64,000 nucleotides of DNA from Candidatus Woesearchaeota archaeon (lineage in GTDB: Archaea; Nanobdellota; Nanobdellia; Woesearchaeales; UBA583), in the NCBI GenBank assembly GCA_047602745.1, contig JBLKOJ010000001.1:7585-71584 (forward strand), read 5' to 3'. The position numbers were made by a program, and so were the translations under genes. A model generated the notes under the pieces. That model was not told the DNA's origin. It ran no database searches and worked only from the letters and a program-made list of their open reading frames with translations. Positions 38,011 to 47,400 of the stretch are shown one piece after another (position 1 is the stretch's first letter; every line of letters starts with the position of its first letter).

Positions 38011-38160
38011 ATATAATACTAATTATCAGTTTGTAATCTTTAAATATATTATCTGTCATTACGTTTAGGATACATCATAGATAGTGTGAGTTTACCATGG
38101 CTTTAACAATTTAATTTACAATAATTCAATTTTGTAATAATTTAATTCTAGTACTGAGTC

Positions 38161-38182
38161 CTTGATTTCTACTGGAAACTGA
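38161..38182. repeat. Left arm of an imperfect inverted repeat (CTTGATTTCTACTGGAAACTGA), ORB-like
   Basis: Reverse complement of 40095..40116 is CTTAATTTCTACTGGAAATGAC (18/22 match; core ATTTCTACTGGAAA identical). Confidence 0.6.
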
Positions 38183-38338
38183 TTTGATGAGAATAGACTA
38201 AATAATTAGAGTTTGAATATACAGTATTAATTTTTGAATGTCTAATTTTAGATTTTGAATACATAAAATTATAATTTAAATATCAAATATATGATACTAG
38301 ATTTTAAGTGAGTAAAGTTTAAATTTGAAGATAAAAAG

Positions 38339-38983
38339 CTATAGTTTAAATAAATAATCTTTAATAATATTAAAATGAAATGTTTGTTTTTCTTTATTTT
38401 CTTCATTAATAGCTGTAATATATTGTTTTTGTATAGATTTGATAGTATATTTAATTCCTTTTATTTGAACTATATCTTTGGGTTTTAAATTATATATTGC
38501 AGCAAGAAGAGAGTGTCTATATAAGTCCTTACCTTTTAGCTTATTTCTTCCCATGATTTTTTTAGAATGCGTAAATATGCAAAAAAAATGTTCATTGATG
38601 ACTCTTTTAAGCTTGTGAATATCATTAATGTTGGCTAAATAGATATCAAACCCATCCAGATTGTCTTCTATTTTATTAATTAATAATTTAACATTTCTTA
38701 AAATATATTTAAGTTTAAAGTATGCTAAATCATACTCTGATATTAATATTTCATTATATTTTATATCTTTGTTAGAATAAATTGTTTGAGTTGCTTTATT
38801 TTCATATAATAAATACGTCTGTTCTATCTCATTTAACTTTTTATTGATATCTTCTTTATTATAAAAATATAATCTAAATTGAACTCTGCATTCATAATAG
38901 TCATCATGCATTTTTTTACTAATTGGAGACATTTTCTGCTCCATTTCTAATTCCACTTGAAATGAATCTTTTATAATAACCAT
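38339..38983 (-). CDS. Hypothetical protein (214 aa) inside the inverted-repeat-bounded segment
   Basis: The only long ORF between the inverted repeats. No Walker motif or other recognised motif. Confidence 0.4.
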   Translation of the reverse strand: MVIIKDSFQVELEMEQKMSPISKKMHDDYYECRVQFRLYFYNKEDINKKLNEIEQTYLLYENKATQTIYSNKDIKYNEILISEYDLAYFKLKYILRNVKLLINKIEDNLDGFDIYLANINDIHKLKRVINEHFFCIFTHSKKIMGRNKLKGKDLYRHSLLAAIYNLKPKDIVQIKGIKYTIKSIQKQYITAINEENKEKQTFHFNIIKDYLFKL

Positions 38984-39284
38984 ATTTATATTTGTACCTT
39001 ATAATTTAAATTATTATTTATTATTTATAAATGATACTACTATTAATAACATTAATTTTTATCTATTAAATTTTTTATAGAGACTATATAAAGCGATATT
39101 ATAAATATGTCATAAGTAATCGTGAAAGAAATTTTACAAATAATATAATAAAATTATTAACATTAAAAAGAACTATAAAAATTTACAACTAATCATTAAT
39201 AATATTTTTATTAATATATTTAACTAATATTAATTTTTAAATTTTAAAGATAAAGTTAAAATCAAGTATTGATACTAACAACTT

Positions 39285-39313
39285 AAATCTAAATCTAAAT
39301 CTAAATCTAATCT
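39285..39313. repeat. Hexanucleotide microsatellite (AAATCT)x4 plus a partial unit
   Basis: Direct tandem repeat read from the sequence. Confidence 0.8.
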
Positions 39314-39399
39314 CAAAATTAAAAAATACTATTAAAAATACTATTGAAAATTTATAACTTAGAAATTTATCATATATATTTTAATATTTTATTTTGTGT

Positions 39400-39720
39400 T
39401 GTTTAATCTATTGTTTATTTAATTTTTTTTGCATTTATTTCAAATTTACTTTTATTTATTATTTTATCATATTTATTTTTATTTAAGTTCTATTTATATA
39501 TTGTATTATATTTGTTTCAATTTTTATTTATATTATACCAATATTTACATTTGAATTCGTACTTCTCTACTTTAAAGTCTATTTTTATTCTCACTTTATT
39601 TTTATATTTTTCTTATCTTTACTTTACTTCTTCCCTTATTATTTTTTAATCATTTATTATTTTTATATTACTTTACACCACATTTACATTCACATATTTA
39701 TTATTTATACTAAAAATAGT
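39400..39720. other. G-depleted, T/C-rich strand-asymmetric tract (about 2% G on the plus strand) with no ORF
   Basis: Manual base inspection finds only about 7 G in 300 nt, against about 10% C and 55% T. Confidence 0.5.
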
Positions 39721-39815
39721 GTTTTAATAATGTATTTATTTCTTTTGCAGATACATATTTGTTTAAATTATATCTAAATTAGTATATACAATTATAAGAC
39801 TATATTTAAGTTTAT

Positions 39816-40055
39816 TTAGACAAAATTTAGACAAGACTTAGAATTAAATCTCATTAATTTAAATTATTAAAATTTTAAAAATTCAACTTTAAAGTCTGAA
39901 TTCCCTACTTAAACTAAGGTTTCAAACAAATTTTAGTTGTTTAATATTACTTGTTTTTAGTTATTTCTAATTGTATATTTTATCATTTTAGACAAGTTTT
40001 AGACAATTATTAAACGAGTTTATTTTTATTTTAGACAAGTTTTAGACAATTATTA
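39816..40055. repeat. Iteron-like direct repeats, six copies of TTAGACAA, including two perfect 27-bp repeats (TTTTAGACAAGTTTTAGACAATTATTA at 39986..40012 and 40029..40055)
   Basis: Exact repeat coordinates read from the sequence. Copies at 39816, 39827, 39988, 39999, 40031 and 40042. Confidence 0.75.
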
Positions 40056-40094
40056 GAATTTTTCATTAAAATAAAACCATAAATTTTGTTTTTT

Positions 40095-40116
40095 GTCATT
40101 TCCAGTAGAAATTAAG
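40095..40116. repeat. Right arm of the inverted repeat (GTCATTTCCAGTAGAAATTAAG)
   Basis: Pairs with 38161..38182. The core TTCCAGTAGAAAT resembles the archaeal mini-ORB core (TTCCAGTGGAAAC) as I remember it. Confidence 0.6.
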
Positions 40117-40511
40117 GTCTTAGTCTTTTGTAAAAAATTTAAGAATTATTATTAAAGATATTATTTTATGAATTTGGTATTAATAAAATTCAAATTGAAA
40201 ATACGTAAGTTTATAAATATACTAATCATATATACATTAATTAGTTATAAGACTCTTTACTTAAGTGTCATATTGATTTGTTTGTGATTGCTATACATAT
40301 CTTTATAGGTAGGTTTAGATGGAAAAATTAAATTTACATGTTAAAAATATTAAATATTACATAAAATTTCAATCAAGTAGTTTATAGTTATTAACTATAG
40401 ATATAAAATGAAATTTGTGTGAGGATTAAGTTTAATTTTTCTAAGTGTATAAATAAAAGTAAACAAATTAAGAATATTAGGTAAAGATTTTTAAGCTTTT
40501 TTTAGGGAAAA

Positions 40512-41138
40512 ATGAAAGAAGTTGAATTAAAAGTTAGAAATATTAACAAGCAAGACATCATTGATAAAATTACTGAAATTGGGGCGGTGAGAGTTTTTAG
40601 CGGGAAAGTTATTGATTTTAGATTTGATACCCCAGATAGAGATTTATCTAGGCAAGGAAAGGCGTTGAGAATTAGGCAAAAAGGCTCATATATATATTTA
40701 AATTTAAAAGGAAAAAAAAAATCTAAGGAGAGTATTATAGGAAGAGATGAAATCGGAGTTAAAATATCTAATTTTAAAACAATGCAGAGAATTTTACATG
40801 AATTAGGCTATATTAAAATTTTTGAACTTGTTAAATATAGAACACAATTTAGGTTTAAAGATATCACTTTTGATATTGATGAATATGCAGGATTAGACCC
40901 CATTTTAGAAATTGAGAGTAATTCATATGAAAAAGTTAGAGAGTATGTGGATTTATTAAACATTCAAGAGGAAGACATAGGAAGAGTATACATTAGAGAA
41001 ATATTGGAGGCTAAGAGAACAATTTCCACAAAAGAATTTTTAGATAGTAAGTATAAAAAAGATAAATATCGATATTCTCCCAAACATTCCAAAATTAAAC
41101 AAGATAAGGAGGAAGATGATTTAGATTGTGATGACTAA
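40512..41138 (+). CDS. CYTH-domain protein (CyaB/thiamine-triphosphatase-like)
   Basis: N-terminal EVELK (ExExK motif), about 200 aa with alternating charged beta-strand pattern and a C-terminal acidic tail. Confidence 0.6.
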   Translation: MKEVELKVRNINKQDIIDKITEIGAVRVFSGKVIDFRFDTPDRDLSRQGKALRIRQKGSYIYLNLKGKKKSKESIIGRDEIGVKISNFKTMQRILHELGYIKIFELVKYRTQFRFKDITFDIDEYAGLDPILEIESNSYEKVREYVDLLNIQEEDIGRVYIREILEAKRTISTKEFLDSKYKKDKYRYSPKHSKIKQDKEEDDLDCDD

Positions 41139-41184
41139 TATATTTAATATTTATAATTTTGTTTGATTTTATAATTAAAATTAC

Positions 41185-41967
41185 TTAAATCCACCCTGTG
41201 GATTCAAGTTGATAACTTATCTTTAGATTAATGTTTTGAAGATTTTTTTCTTTAATAATTGAGTAAATCGTATTAAATGCTTTATTATAAGAATTTACAT
41301 TTTCAGATATGTGACTTAAAATAATTGTTTGATTTTCTTTAATAAATTTAGAACATAATTCAGCTGCTTGGGAATTTGAAAGGTGTCCAAGAGGAGATTG
41401 TAATCTTTGAATATAAGAATGGTGCATATTTGAAGTTTTAAGAAGTTCATTATCATAATTAGTTTCTAAAAAGACAATATCACTTAATTGTAAAATATTA
41501 CACTGAATGGGATTAAATTCTCCTAGATCTGTAAATATGGCAATTCTTTTTTGATGTTGTGTATCTTCAATTGTAAAACTTAAAGGCTCTCTTCCATCAT
41601 GTGCTTTTTGAATTCCAGTGATAGTTAGAGTTGATTCAACAATAATTTTTTGATTATTAGATATAAATTGGGTATTTGAAAAATTAATGTTTAAAACTTC
41701 ATTAGTTCCTTTAGAAATGATAAGTTGAAGATGAGGATGTAATTTTAATGTTTGTTCTAGTCCTTTGATATGGTCGCTATGCTCGTGTGTTATAATTAAA
41801 TGTGTAATTTGTTCAAATGAAATTTGTTCTTTTTCTAGCATTTGAGAAAGTTGTTTATAAGAAAATCCACAATCAATCATAATATATTTAATAACATTTT
41901 CAAGTCGATATTTTACAAGATAACAATTTCCACAAGAACCTGTTGAGAGAGCGTTAATTTGAATCAT
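41185..41967 (-). CDS. MBL-fold metallo-hydrolase
   Basis: ITHEHSDH (HxHxDH) motif. 260 aa. Confidence 0.7.
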   Translation of the reverse strand: MIQINALSTGSCGNCYLVKYRLENVIKYIMIDCGFSYKQLSQMLEKEQISFEQITHLIITHEHSDHIKGLEQTLKLHPHLQLIISKGTNEVLNINFSNTQFISNNQKIIVESTLTITGIQKAHDGREPLSFTIEDTQHQKRIAIFTDLGEFNPIQCNILQLSDIVFLETNYDNELLKTSNMHHSYIQRLQSPLGHLSNSQAAELCSKFIKENQTIILSHISENVNSYNKAFNTIYSIIKEKNLQNINLKISYQLESTGWI

Positions 41968-42226
41968 ATATGTATTTTTTGAAAATTACTTTTTAAAAAT
42001 TTGTAATATGTAATTTGTAATTTTGTTTTTTGAATTTAATATTTTTAAAAGTTAATTTTTAATATTTTAAATCAGTTGTAAGTTAGAATTTTGATTTGAA
42101 TTCTTTTTGATTTAAATTTTAGTATTTTTATTTTTTAATTAATGTTTAAAATACATATTAAACTATTATCTAATTTACCAATATTAATACTAAATATTTT
42201 AAAAGATTGAGTTTTATTATATATAG

Positions 42227-44398
42227 ATGGTTCGGGATAATACTAATAATAATGGAGAAAGTAATTCAGATTTTGAAAATGTTCATTGGGCTGATAATTC
42301 TGCTCAAAGAGTATTGGATAAATTTCCTAATGAAGAGGTGTATACAGTTGCAAGTGGAATTACTCCAAGTGGATATATTCATATTGGAAATTTTAGAGAA
42401 GTGATTACCACAGAGATTGTGAGAAGAGCCTTAGTTGATAAGGGAGTACAAACAAAATTTATTTATTCTTGGGATAGTTATGATGCGTTTCGTAAAGTTC
42501 CAAATGATGTTCCTTCAAATTGGGACAGATATTTGAGAATGCCTGTGGGGAGTGTTCCAAATCCGTTTGAGAGTGAAGTTGAGTCGTATGGTGAGCATTT
42601 TATCAAGCTATTTGAAGAAGAAACTCAGCCGTTTCATTTTCCAATTGAATTTCAAAAACAACACGAGATTCAAACTTCGGGTGTGTATGCAGATTCTATT
42701 AAACAAATTTTAAATTCTAAAGATATTGTAATTGAAGAGCTTAATAAATATAGGGGAGAAGATCAACAATTACCTCCTACGTGGTGGCCTTTAGATGTGT
42801 ATGATGATGTAACACAAAAAGATACGAATGAAATTTTAGAGTTTGATGGTGAGTATACTATTACGTATAAGGTAAAAGAGGAAGGGGGGCTAAAAGGGGT
42901 TGTAAAGAGTGTGAATTTTAAAGAGGATTCTCGAGTGAAGCTCAGATGGAAAGCAGATTGGCCTATGAGATGGAATCATTTTAAAGTATGTTTTGAGCCT
43001 GGTGGAAAAGATCATTCAACTCCTGGAAGTTCGTACACTGTTGGAAAAGAGATTGTAAAAAGAGTATTTAATAGAGAAGCTCCGGTGTATACGATGTATG
43101 ATTTTGTACTAAAAAAAGGAGAAGGTGGAAAAATTTCTTCTTCAAAAGGAGGAGCCTTGCGTGTAAGAGATGTGCTTGAAGTGTATACTCCAGAGATGGT
43201 ATTATTTTTATTTGCAGGAACGCGACCTAATTCAGAAATTCATATGAGTTTTGATATAGATGTTATTAAATTATATGAAGATTTTGATAAGTTAGAGCGA
43301 TTATATTTTGGACTTGAAGAGGAGAAAAATGAGAAGCAACGAGCAAATAAACTTAGACAATATGAACTCTCTTTACCAAATGGAGTTGAAGTACCTCAAG
43401 AATTACCTATTCAACCTTCATTTAGACATTTAACAGTTCTTGCACAAACACATAATTTTGAATTCGATAAAGTTGAAGCGTATTATAAGGAGGAGTTGAA
43501 GACAGATTTTGATAAAAGAAGATTACAAGAACGATTTGAGTGTGCAAAGAATTGGCTTGAGAATTATGCTCCTGATGAATTTGTGTTTTCAGTGGTTAGA
43601 GAATTATCTACTATGACTTCTGAAGAAGAAAAAGCAATGAGATATCTAAAAAAAGTATTGGAAGAATCGCAAAGTTTAGATAAGTTGATTTCATATTTTA
43701 AATCTGTAAAAGAAACTACAGGTATGGAAATGAAAGATTTTTTTAAAAACTCTTATATGATATTAATTGGAAAAGAGAAAGGTCCAAAATTAAGTTCGTT
43801 TGTGTTTGAAAATAAGGAGAAATTTTTAGAGATTTTAAATACACCGTATATTATTGATGATTTAAAATATGAGAAAATGAATAACTCAAAGAAAGAGGAA
43901 AAATCTGTGTTTTCATCATTAAATTTACAAACAGGATTAGTAGTAGAAGTTGATGAGCATCCTGAAAGTGATACGTTATTAATTGTTAATGTTCGAGTTA
44001 ATGGGGATGGTCAACGTGAAGATGTGCGGCAAATTGTATTTGGAAGTCATAATGCATATTCAAAAGAGGATTTAATGGATAAGAAAATTGTAGTACTTAC
44101 TAATTTGAAATATACAAATTTTAAAGGAGTTGAGAGTCAGGGGATGATTGTTGCGTGTCAAGATACAACTCAAAACAAATTTGGAGTATTATTTTCTGAG
44201 TTAAATATTGGAGAAAATTTAAGAATTCAAAGAGATGGAAAAGAAGGTAATGAAGAAATTGCAAATTCACAAGAAGAGATTAAAAAAGAAGTATTCTTAC
44301 AAAGCGGACTTAGAGCAGAAAAAGGAGTTGTGTATTTTGAGGATGTTAAGATAGAAGGAGTAAGAGGAGATAGGAATTTAACAGGGAAAATTATTTAA
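42227..44398 (+). CDS. lysK: Class I lysyl-tRNA synthetase fused to a C-terminal EMAP/Trbp111-like tRNA-binding domain
   Basis: PSGYIHIGNFRE (HIGH region) and KISSSKGG (KMSKS-like) are typical of archaeal LysRS-I. The C-terminal ~150 aa (GLVVEVDEHPESDTLLIVNVRVNGDG...) resembles an OB-fold tRNA-binding domain. Confidence 0.8.
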   Translation: MVRDNTNNNGESNSDFENVHWADNSAQRVLDKFPNEEVYTVASGITPSGYIHIGNFREVITTEIVRRALVDKGVQTKFIYSWDSYDAFRKVPNDVPSNWDRYLRMPVGSVPNPFESEVESYGEHFIKLFEEETQPFHFPIEFQKQHEIQTSGVYADSIKQILNSKDIVIEELNKYRGEDQQLPPTWWPLDVYDDVTQKDTNEILEFDGEYTITYKVKEEGGLKGVVKSVNFKEDSRVKLRWKADWPMRWNHFKVCFEPGGKDHSTPGSSYTVGKEIVKRVFNREAPVYTMYDFVLKKGEGGKISSSKGGALRVRDVLEVYTPEMVLFLFAGTRPNSEIHMSFDIDVIKLYEDFDKLERLYFGLEEEKNEKQRANKLRQYELSLPNGVEVPQELPIQPSFRHLTVLAQTHNFEFDKVEAYYKEELKTDFDKRRLQERFECAKNWLENYAPDEFVFSVVRELSTMTSEEEKAMRYLKKVLEESQSLDKLISYFKSVKETTGMEMKDFFKNSYMILIGKEKGPKLSSFVFENKEKFLEILNTPYIIDDLKYEKMNNSKKEEKSVFSSLNLQTGLVVEVDEHPESDTLLIVNVRVNGDGQREDVRQIVFGSHNAYSKEDLMDKKIVVLTNLKYTNFKGVESQGMIVACQDTTQNKFGVLFSELNIGENLRIQRDGKEGNEEIANSQEEIKKEVFLQSGLRAEKGVVYFEDVKIEGVRGDRNLTGKII

Positions 44399-44461
44399 AT
44401 TCATACAAATAATAAGACATTTGAAGTTGAACTATTAAGGCTTATCCATTATTTTTACTTA

Positions 44462-44695
44462 TTGAATTTTTTTCAATATATTTTTAAATTAATACTAATT
44501 AAAATAAGTATGTTTACATTTGTATTTTCTTTGTATAAAGAAATATTTCTTTTTATTTTATATTTATTTGTACCTCTTTTTTTAGTTAACTGGTTAATGT
44601 GGGAATTATTATTTGTATTTAGTCTTATGATACTTGTAGGAGGAGGATTTTGTTATCATATTTTTTGTAAATGTATTTATAATACAAATTGGTAG
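44462..44695 (+). CDS. Small hydrophobic protein (77 aa)
   Basis: Two predicted TM helices. Low confidence that it is expressed. Confidence 0.25.
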   Translation: MNFFQYIFKLILIKISMFTFVFSLYKEIFLFILYLFVPLFLVNWLMWELLFVFSLMILVGGGFCYHIFCKCIYNTNW

Positions 44696-44805
44696 ATTTG
44701 AGTTTAATAATATAATATAACAAAATATATTAGAATGTTTTTAGAGTGTTTGTTATTTAGTGGCGTATCTAAATATTTAAAAAAGAAGTCTCTTTTTATA
44801 CGAGT

Positions 44806-46053
44806 ATGATTGAGATAGTATCAAATATTTTACCTAGTTTTGTAGTTAATAATATTGAATTTTTTTTATTTATTCTTGCTCTGAGTTTATTTTTATATAT
44901 TAAAAGACAAAATTTAGTGCTTGCAGGGAGTTTTCCTCTTTTGTATATGCTTCAATATAAGACTACGTGGGGAATTGACTTAATGAAAAGTTGGTCTAAA
45001 AAGCATCCTACGTTTTGGAAAAACGTTGCTTATGTAAGTGTATTTTTAGGAATTGTTGGAACTATTCTAATGGTTCCATTTTTGATTTGGCAGTTATTTT
45101 TTATTGTAGATCAAGGCTTTGATAGTGGAGGAGGGTTAGTATTACCAATTAATACGGGTGAATCTCAAGCAGGAGATATTTCAGGTGTGATATTTTATGT
45201 TCCTTTTTGGTATTGGTTAATTGTATTATTATTTGTAGCAACGGTGCATGAGTTTGGTCATGGTGTGATTGCTGAACGTTTTAAGGTTAAAATTAAATCA
45301 TCTGGGTTTGCATTTTTAGGTATTATTGCACCAATTATTCCAGCAGCGTTTGTAGAACCGGATATGGAGGATTTAGGTAGGAAGAAGAGGTGGCAACAAA
45401 TTGCAGTGTTAGGAGCAGGACCACTTGCCAATGTGTTTTTTGCATTCATTTTTTTAGGAATGATTTTTGGACTTGGAGTATATGCAAATAACATTTATGA
45501 AGATAGAGGGGTTGGATTTGATGAAATTAGTAATACTTCTGCGCTTTATGGATTAGTTCCATTTGAAAATGGTACTATTACTTCACTTGAAGTTGAAAAT
45601 AAAACAATTAGAGATCCTCAAGAAATTTTTTCATATTTTATGATTAATTTATCTAATGAAACTGAACTTTCATTATCGATTTCTAATTTTGAATTAAATG
45701 AGGATGTGGAAGTTACGTTTACTCCTACATATAACGCAGAAGAAGAACGAGCAATGATTGGAATTTTTGGAGTGAGAAGAGATGTAGTTGCACTTGAAGG
45801 ATATGAAAGACACGCAAGTTTTGCACAAAGTGCTGGAGATTGGTTATTCTGGTTTTTCTTACTAAACTTTGGAATTGGAATTATGAATTTGTTACCTCTG
45901 TGGATTACAGATGGTGGACAGATTTTACGAGTGATGTTGAATAAATATATCTCTGAGGAGAAGGCTATGATGGGAGTTCATTTGATTTCATTTATCTCAT
46001 TGATATTAATTATTGTAACAATTAATCCTTCTCTTCTTCCATTTGTGGGATAA
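44806..46053 (+). CDS. Site-2 protease (M50 family) intramembrane metalloprotease
   Basis: HEFGHG (HExxH in a TM helix), multiple TM segments and a later LNLLPLWITDGG (LDG motif). Confidence 0.7.
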   Translation: MIEIVSNILPSFVVNNIEFFLFILALSLFLYIKRQNLVLAGSFPLLYMLQYKTTWGIDLMKSWSKKHPTFWKNVAYVSVFLGIVGTILMVPFLIWQLFFIVDQGFDSGGGLVLPINTGESQAGDISGVIFYVPFWYWLIVLLFVATVHEFGHGVIAERFKVKIKSSGFAFLGIIAPIIPAAFVEPDMEDLGRKKRWQQIAVLGAGPLANVFFAFIFLGMIFGLGVYANNIYEDRGVGFDEISNTSALYGLVPFENGTITSLEVENKTIRDPQEIFSYFMINLSNETELSLSISNFELNEDVEVTFTPTYNAEEERAMIGIFGVRRDVVALEGYERHASFAQSAGDWLFWFFLLNFGIGIMNLLPLWITDGGQILRVMLNKYISEEKAMMGVHLISFISLILIIVTINPSLLPFVG

Positions 46054-46117
46054 TTTATTTGAATTGTTTTTTTAAACATAACCTTTATATATATGGAACA
46101 ATTAGTTTATAATAATA

Positions 46118-46279
46118 ATGGCAAAACAAACTGGAATTAGGTTGCCATCTGGTCAAGGAGGTTTGATCGGAGGGGTTGCAGAATCATATAAGACTAACTA
46201 TGACTTCTCCCCAAAATTTGTGATTGTGTTCTCACTACTATGTGTTGTATTTGTGTTTCTTTTATTTAGATTAGGTTAA
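46118..46279 (+). CDS. secG: Preprotein translocase Sec61-beta (SecG), 53 aa; absent from the ORF track
   Basis: Translation MAKQTGIRLPSGQGGLIGGVAESYKTNYDFSPKFVIVFSLLCVVFVFLLFRLG has the conserved GGL motif and a C-terminal TM of archaeal Sec61-beta. Confidence 0.6.
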   Translation: MAKQTGIRLPSGQGGLIGGVAESYKTNYDFSPKFVIVFSLLCVVFVFLLFRLG

Positions 46280-46355
46280 TTTATTATTAATTATAGTGTA
46301 TTAAAATAAAAGAAGACAAACGTTACTGTTGTAACTTATAATTTATAAATTAAAA

Positions 46356-46694
46356 ATGATACCAGGAGTAAATCCAAGACAATTAAAAGCAATGATGAGA
46401 CAAATGGGGATGTCTCAAGACTCTCTTGACGCAACCCAAGTTATAATTAAAACTTCAACATCAACATTAATCTTTGATAATCCTCAAGTAGAAAAAATTT
46501 CAATGCAGGGTCAAACTTCATTTCAAATTCAAGGAGAATTTAGAGAAGTTAAAGAGGAAGTTACAATTTCGATTTCACAAGAGGATATTGAGATGGTAAA
46601 AGAGCAGGCACAAGTAAGTGAAAAGAAAGCAAGAGAAGCTTTAGAAAATACTAACGGGGACATTGCTCGGGCGATCCTAGATTTGACTGAGTAA
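46356..46694 (+). CDS. nac: Nascent polypeptide-associated complex alpha (NAC + UBA domains)
   Basis: MIPGVNPRQLKAMMRQMGM N-terminus and a C-terminal UBA-like EKKAREALENTNGDIARAILDL. 112 aa. Confidence 0.8.
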   Translation: MIPGVNPRQLKAMMRQMGMSQDSLDATQVIIKTSTSTLIFDNPQVEKISMQGQTSFQIQGEFREVKEEVTISISQEDIEMVKEQAQVSEKKAREALENTNGDIARAILDLTE

Positions 46695-46736
46695 GTATTT
46701 AGTATTTATAGTATAGTTGTTAGTTAGTTATTAAAA

Positions 46737-47183
46737 ATGGAAGAAATTTATTCAGATGTTAGATTATTACAAAGAGATTTGAACACGTTAGAACATATGA
46801 TTTATGTGTCTTGTAAATTTACAAGAACAACTGAAATGTTGTATAAAGTGATGGAACAAATGGTTTCCACATATGAAAATTTTTTTGGTATAGCATACCA
46901 AGTATTACTTAGAGAACACTCAGGATTTTCAGATGCTAGTAATAAAATTCAAATGCTTACTAGAGTATTAATTGAAAGAGGGGTTGTAGCGGATTTATCT
47001 GAATATTATTTACTTAAAAAATTGTTAATTAGTGATTTTGAAGCAATGGGAGAATATAGAAGAAATCTATCTATCATTGCATTTATCGATGGAGAGGAGT
47101 ATATAATTAATATTCCTAAACTTCTTGATTTTTATGAAAATTTGAAAACAGCAATTACATCACTTTCCCAAGAACAATATTAA
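46737..47183 (+). CDS. Hypothetical protein (148 aa)
   Basis: ORF only. Confidence 0.4.
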   Translation: MEEIYSDVRLLQRDLNTLEHMIYVSCKFTRTTEMLYKVMEQMVSTYENFFGIAYQVLLREHSGFSDASNKIQMLTRVLIERGVVADLSEYYLLKKLLISDFEAMGEYRRNLSIIAFIDGEEYIINIPKLLDFYENLKTAITSLSQEQY

Positions 47184-47400
47184 TACATATTGAGCTATGA
47201 TTAATCTATTTATGCAATTATTTTTTATTTTTTATTTTAAGATTTGATTTTATTTGTTTTACAATTTTACTTATTTTTGATATTTACTTTTTAATTTATT
47301 TTGAAATTAGTTTGTATATTAATTTCTTATTGTTTGACTTTATTTTTTTAACTTAATTGTAGTGCTAAGAGATTATATAAGAATTTATCTTTTTTTAAGT

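Noticed and set aside
38339-38983. Orc1/Cdc6 or Rep initiator assignment for the 214-aa ORF inside the inverted-repeat-bounded segment
   Set aside because: No Walker A/B, AAA+ or HUH motifs could be found by eye. Kept as hypothetical; the origin/replicon idea rests on the DNA repeats only.
39816-40055. Possible CRISPR array, given the TTAGACAA/27-bp repeats
   Set aside because: Repeat units are too short (8-11 bp, two 27-bp units) and are separated by 1-16 bp, not unique spacers. They behave as iteron or tandem repeats.
38984-40511. Missed protein-coding gene(s) in the 1.5-kb ORF-free stretch
   Set aside because: No frame on either strand stays open for more than about 40 codons. Composition is repetitive or low-complexity. 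It is more consistent with a non-coding replicon-like, regulatory or RNA region.
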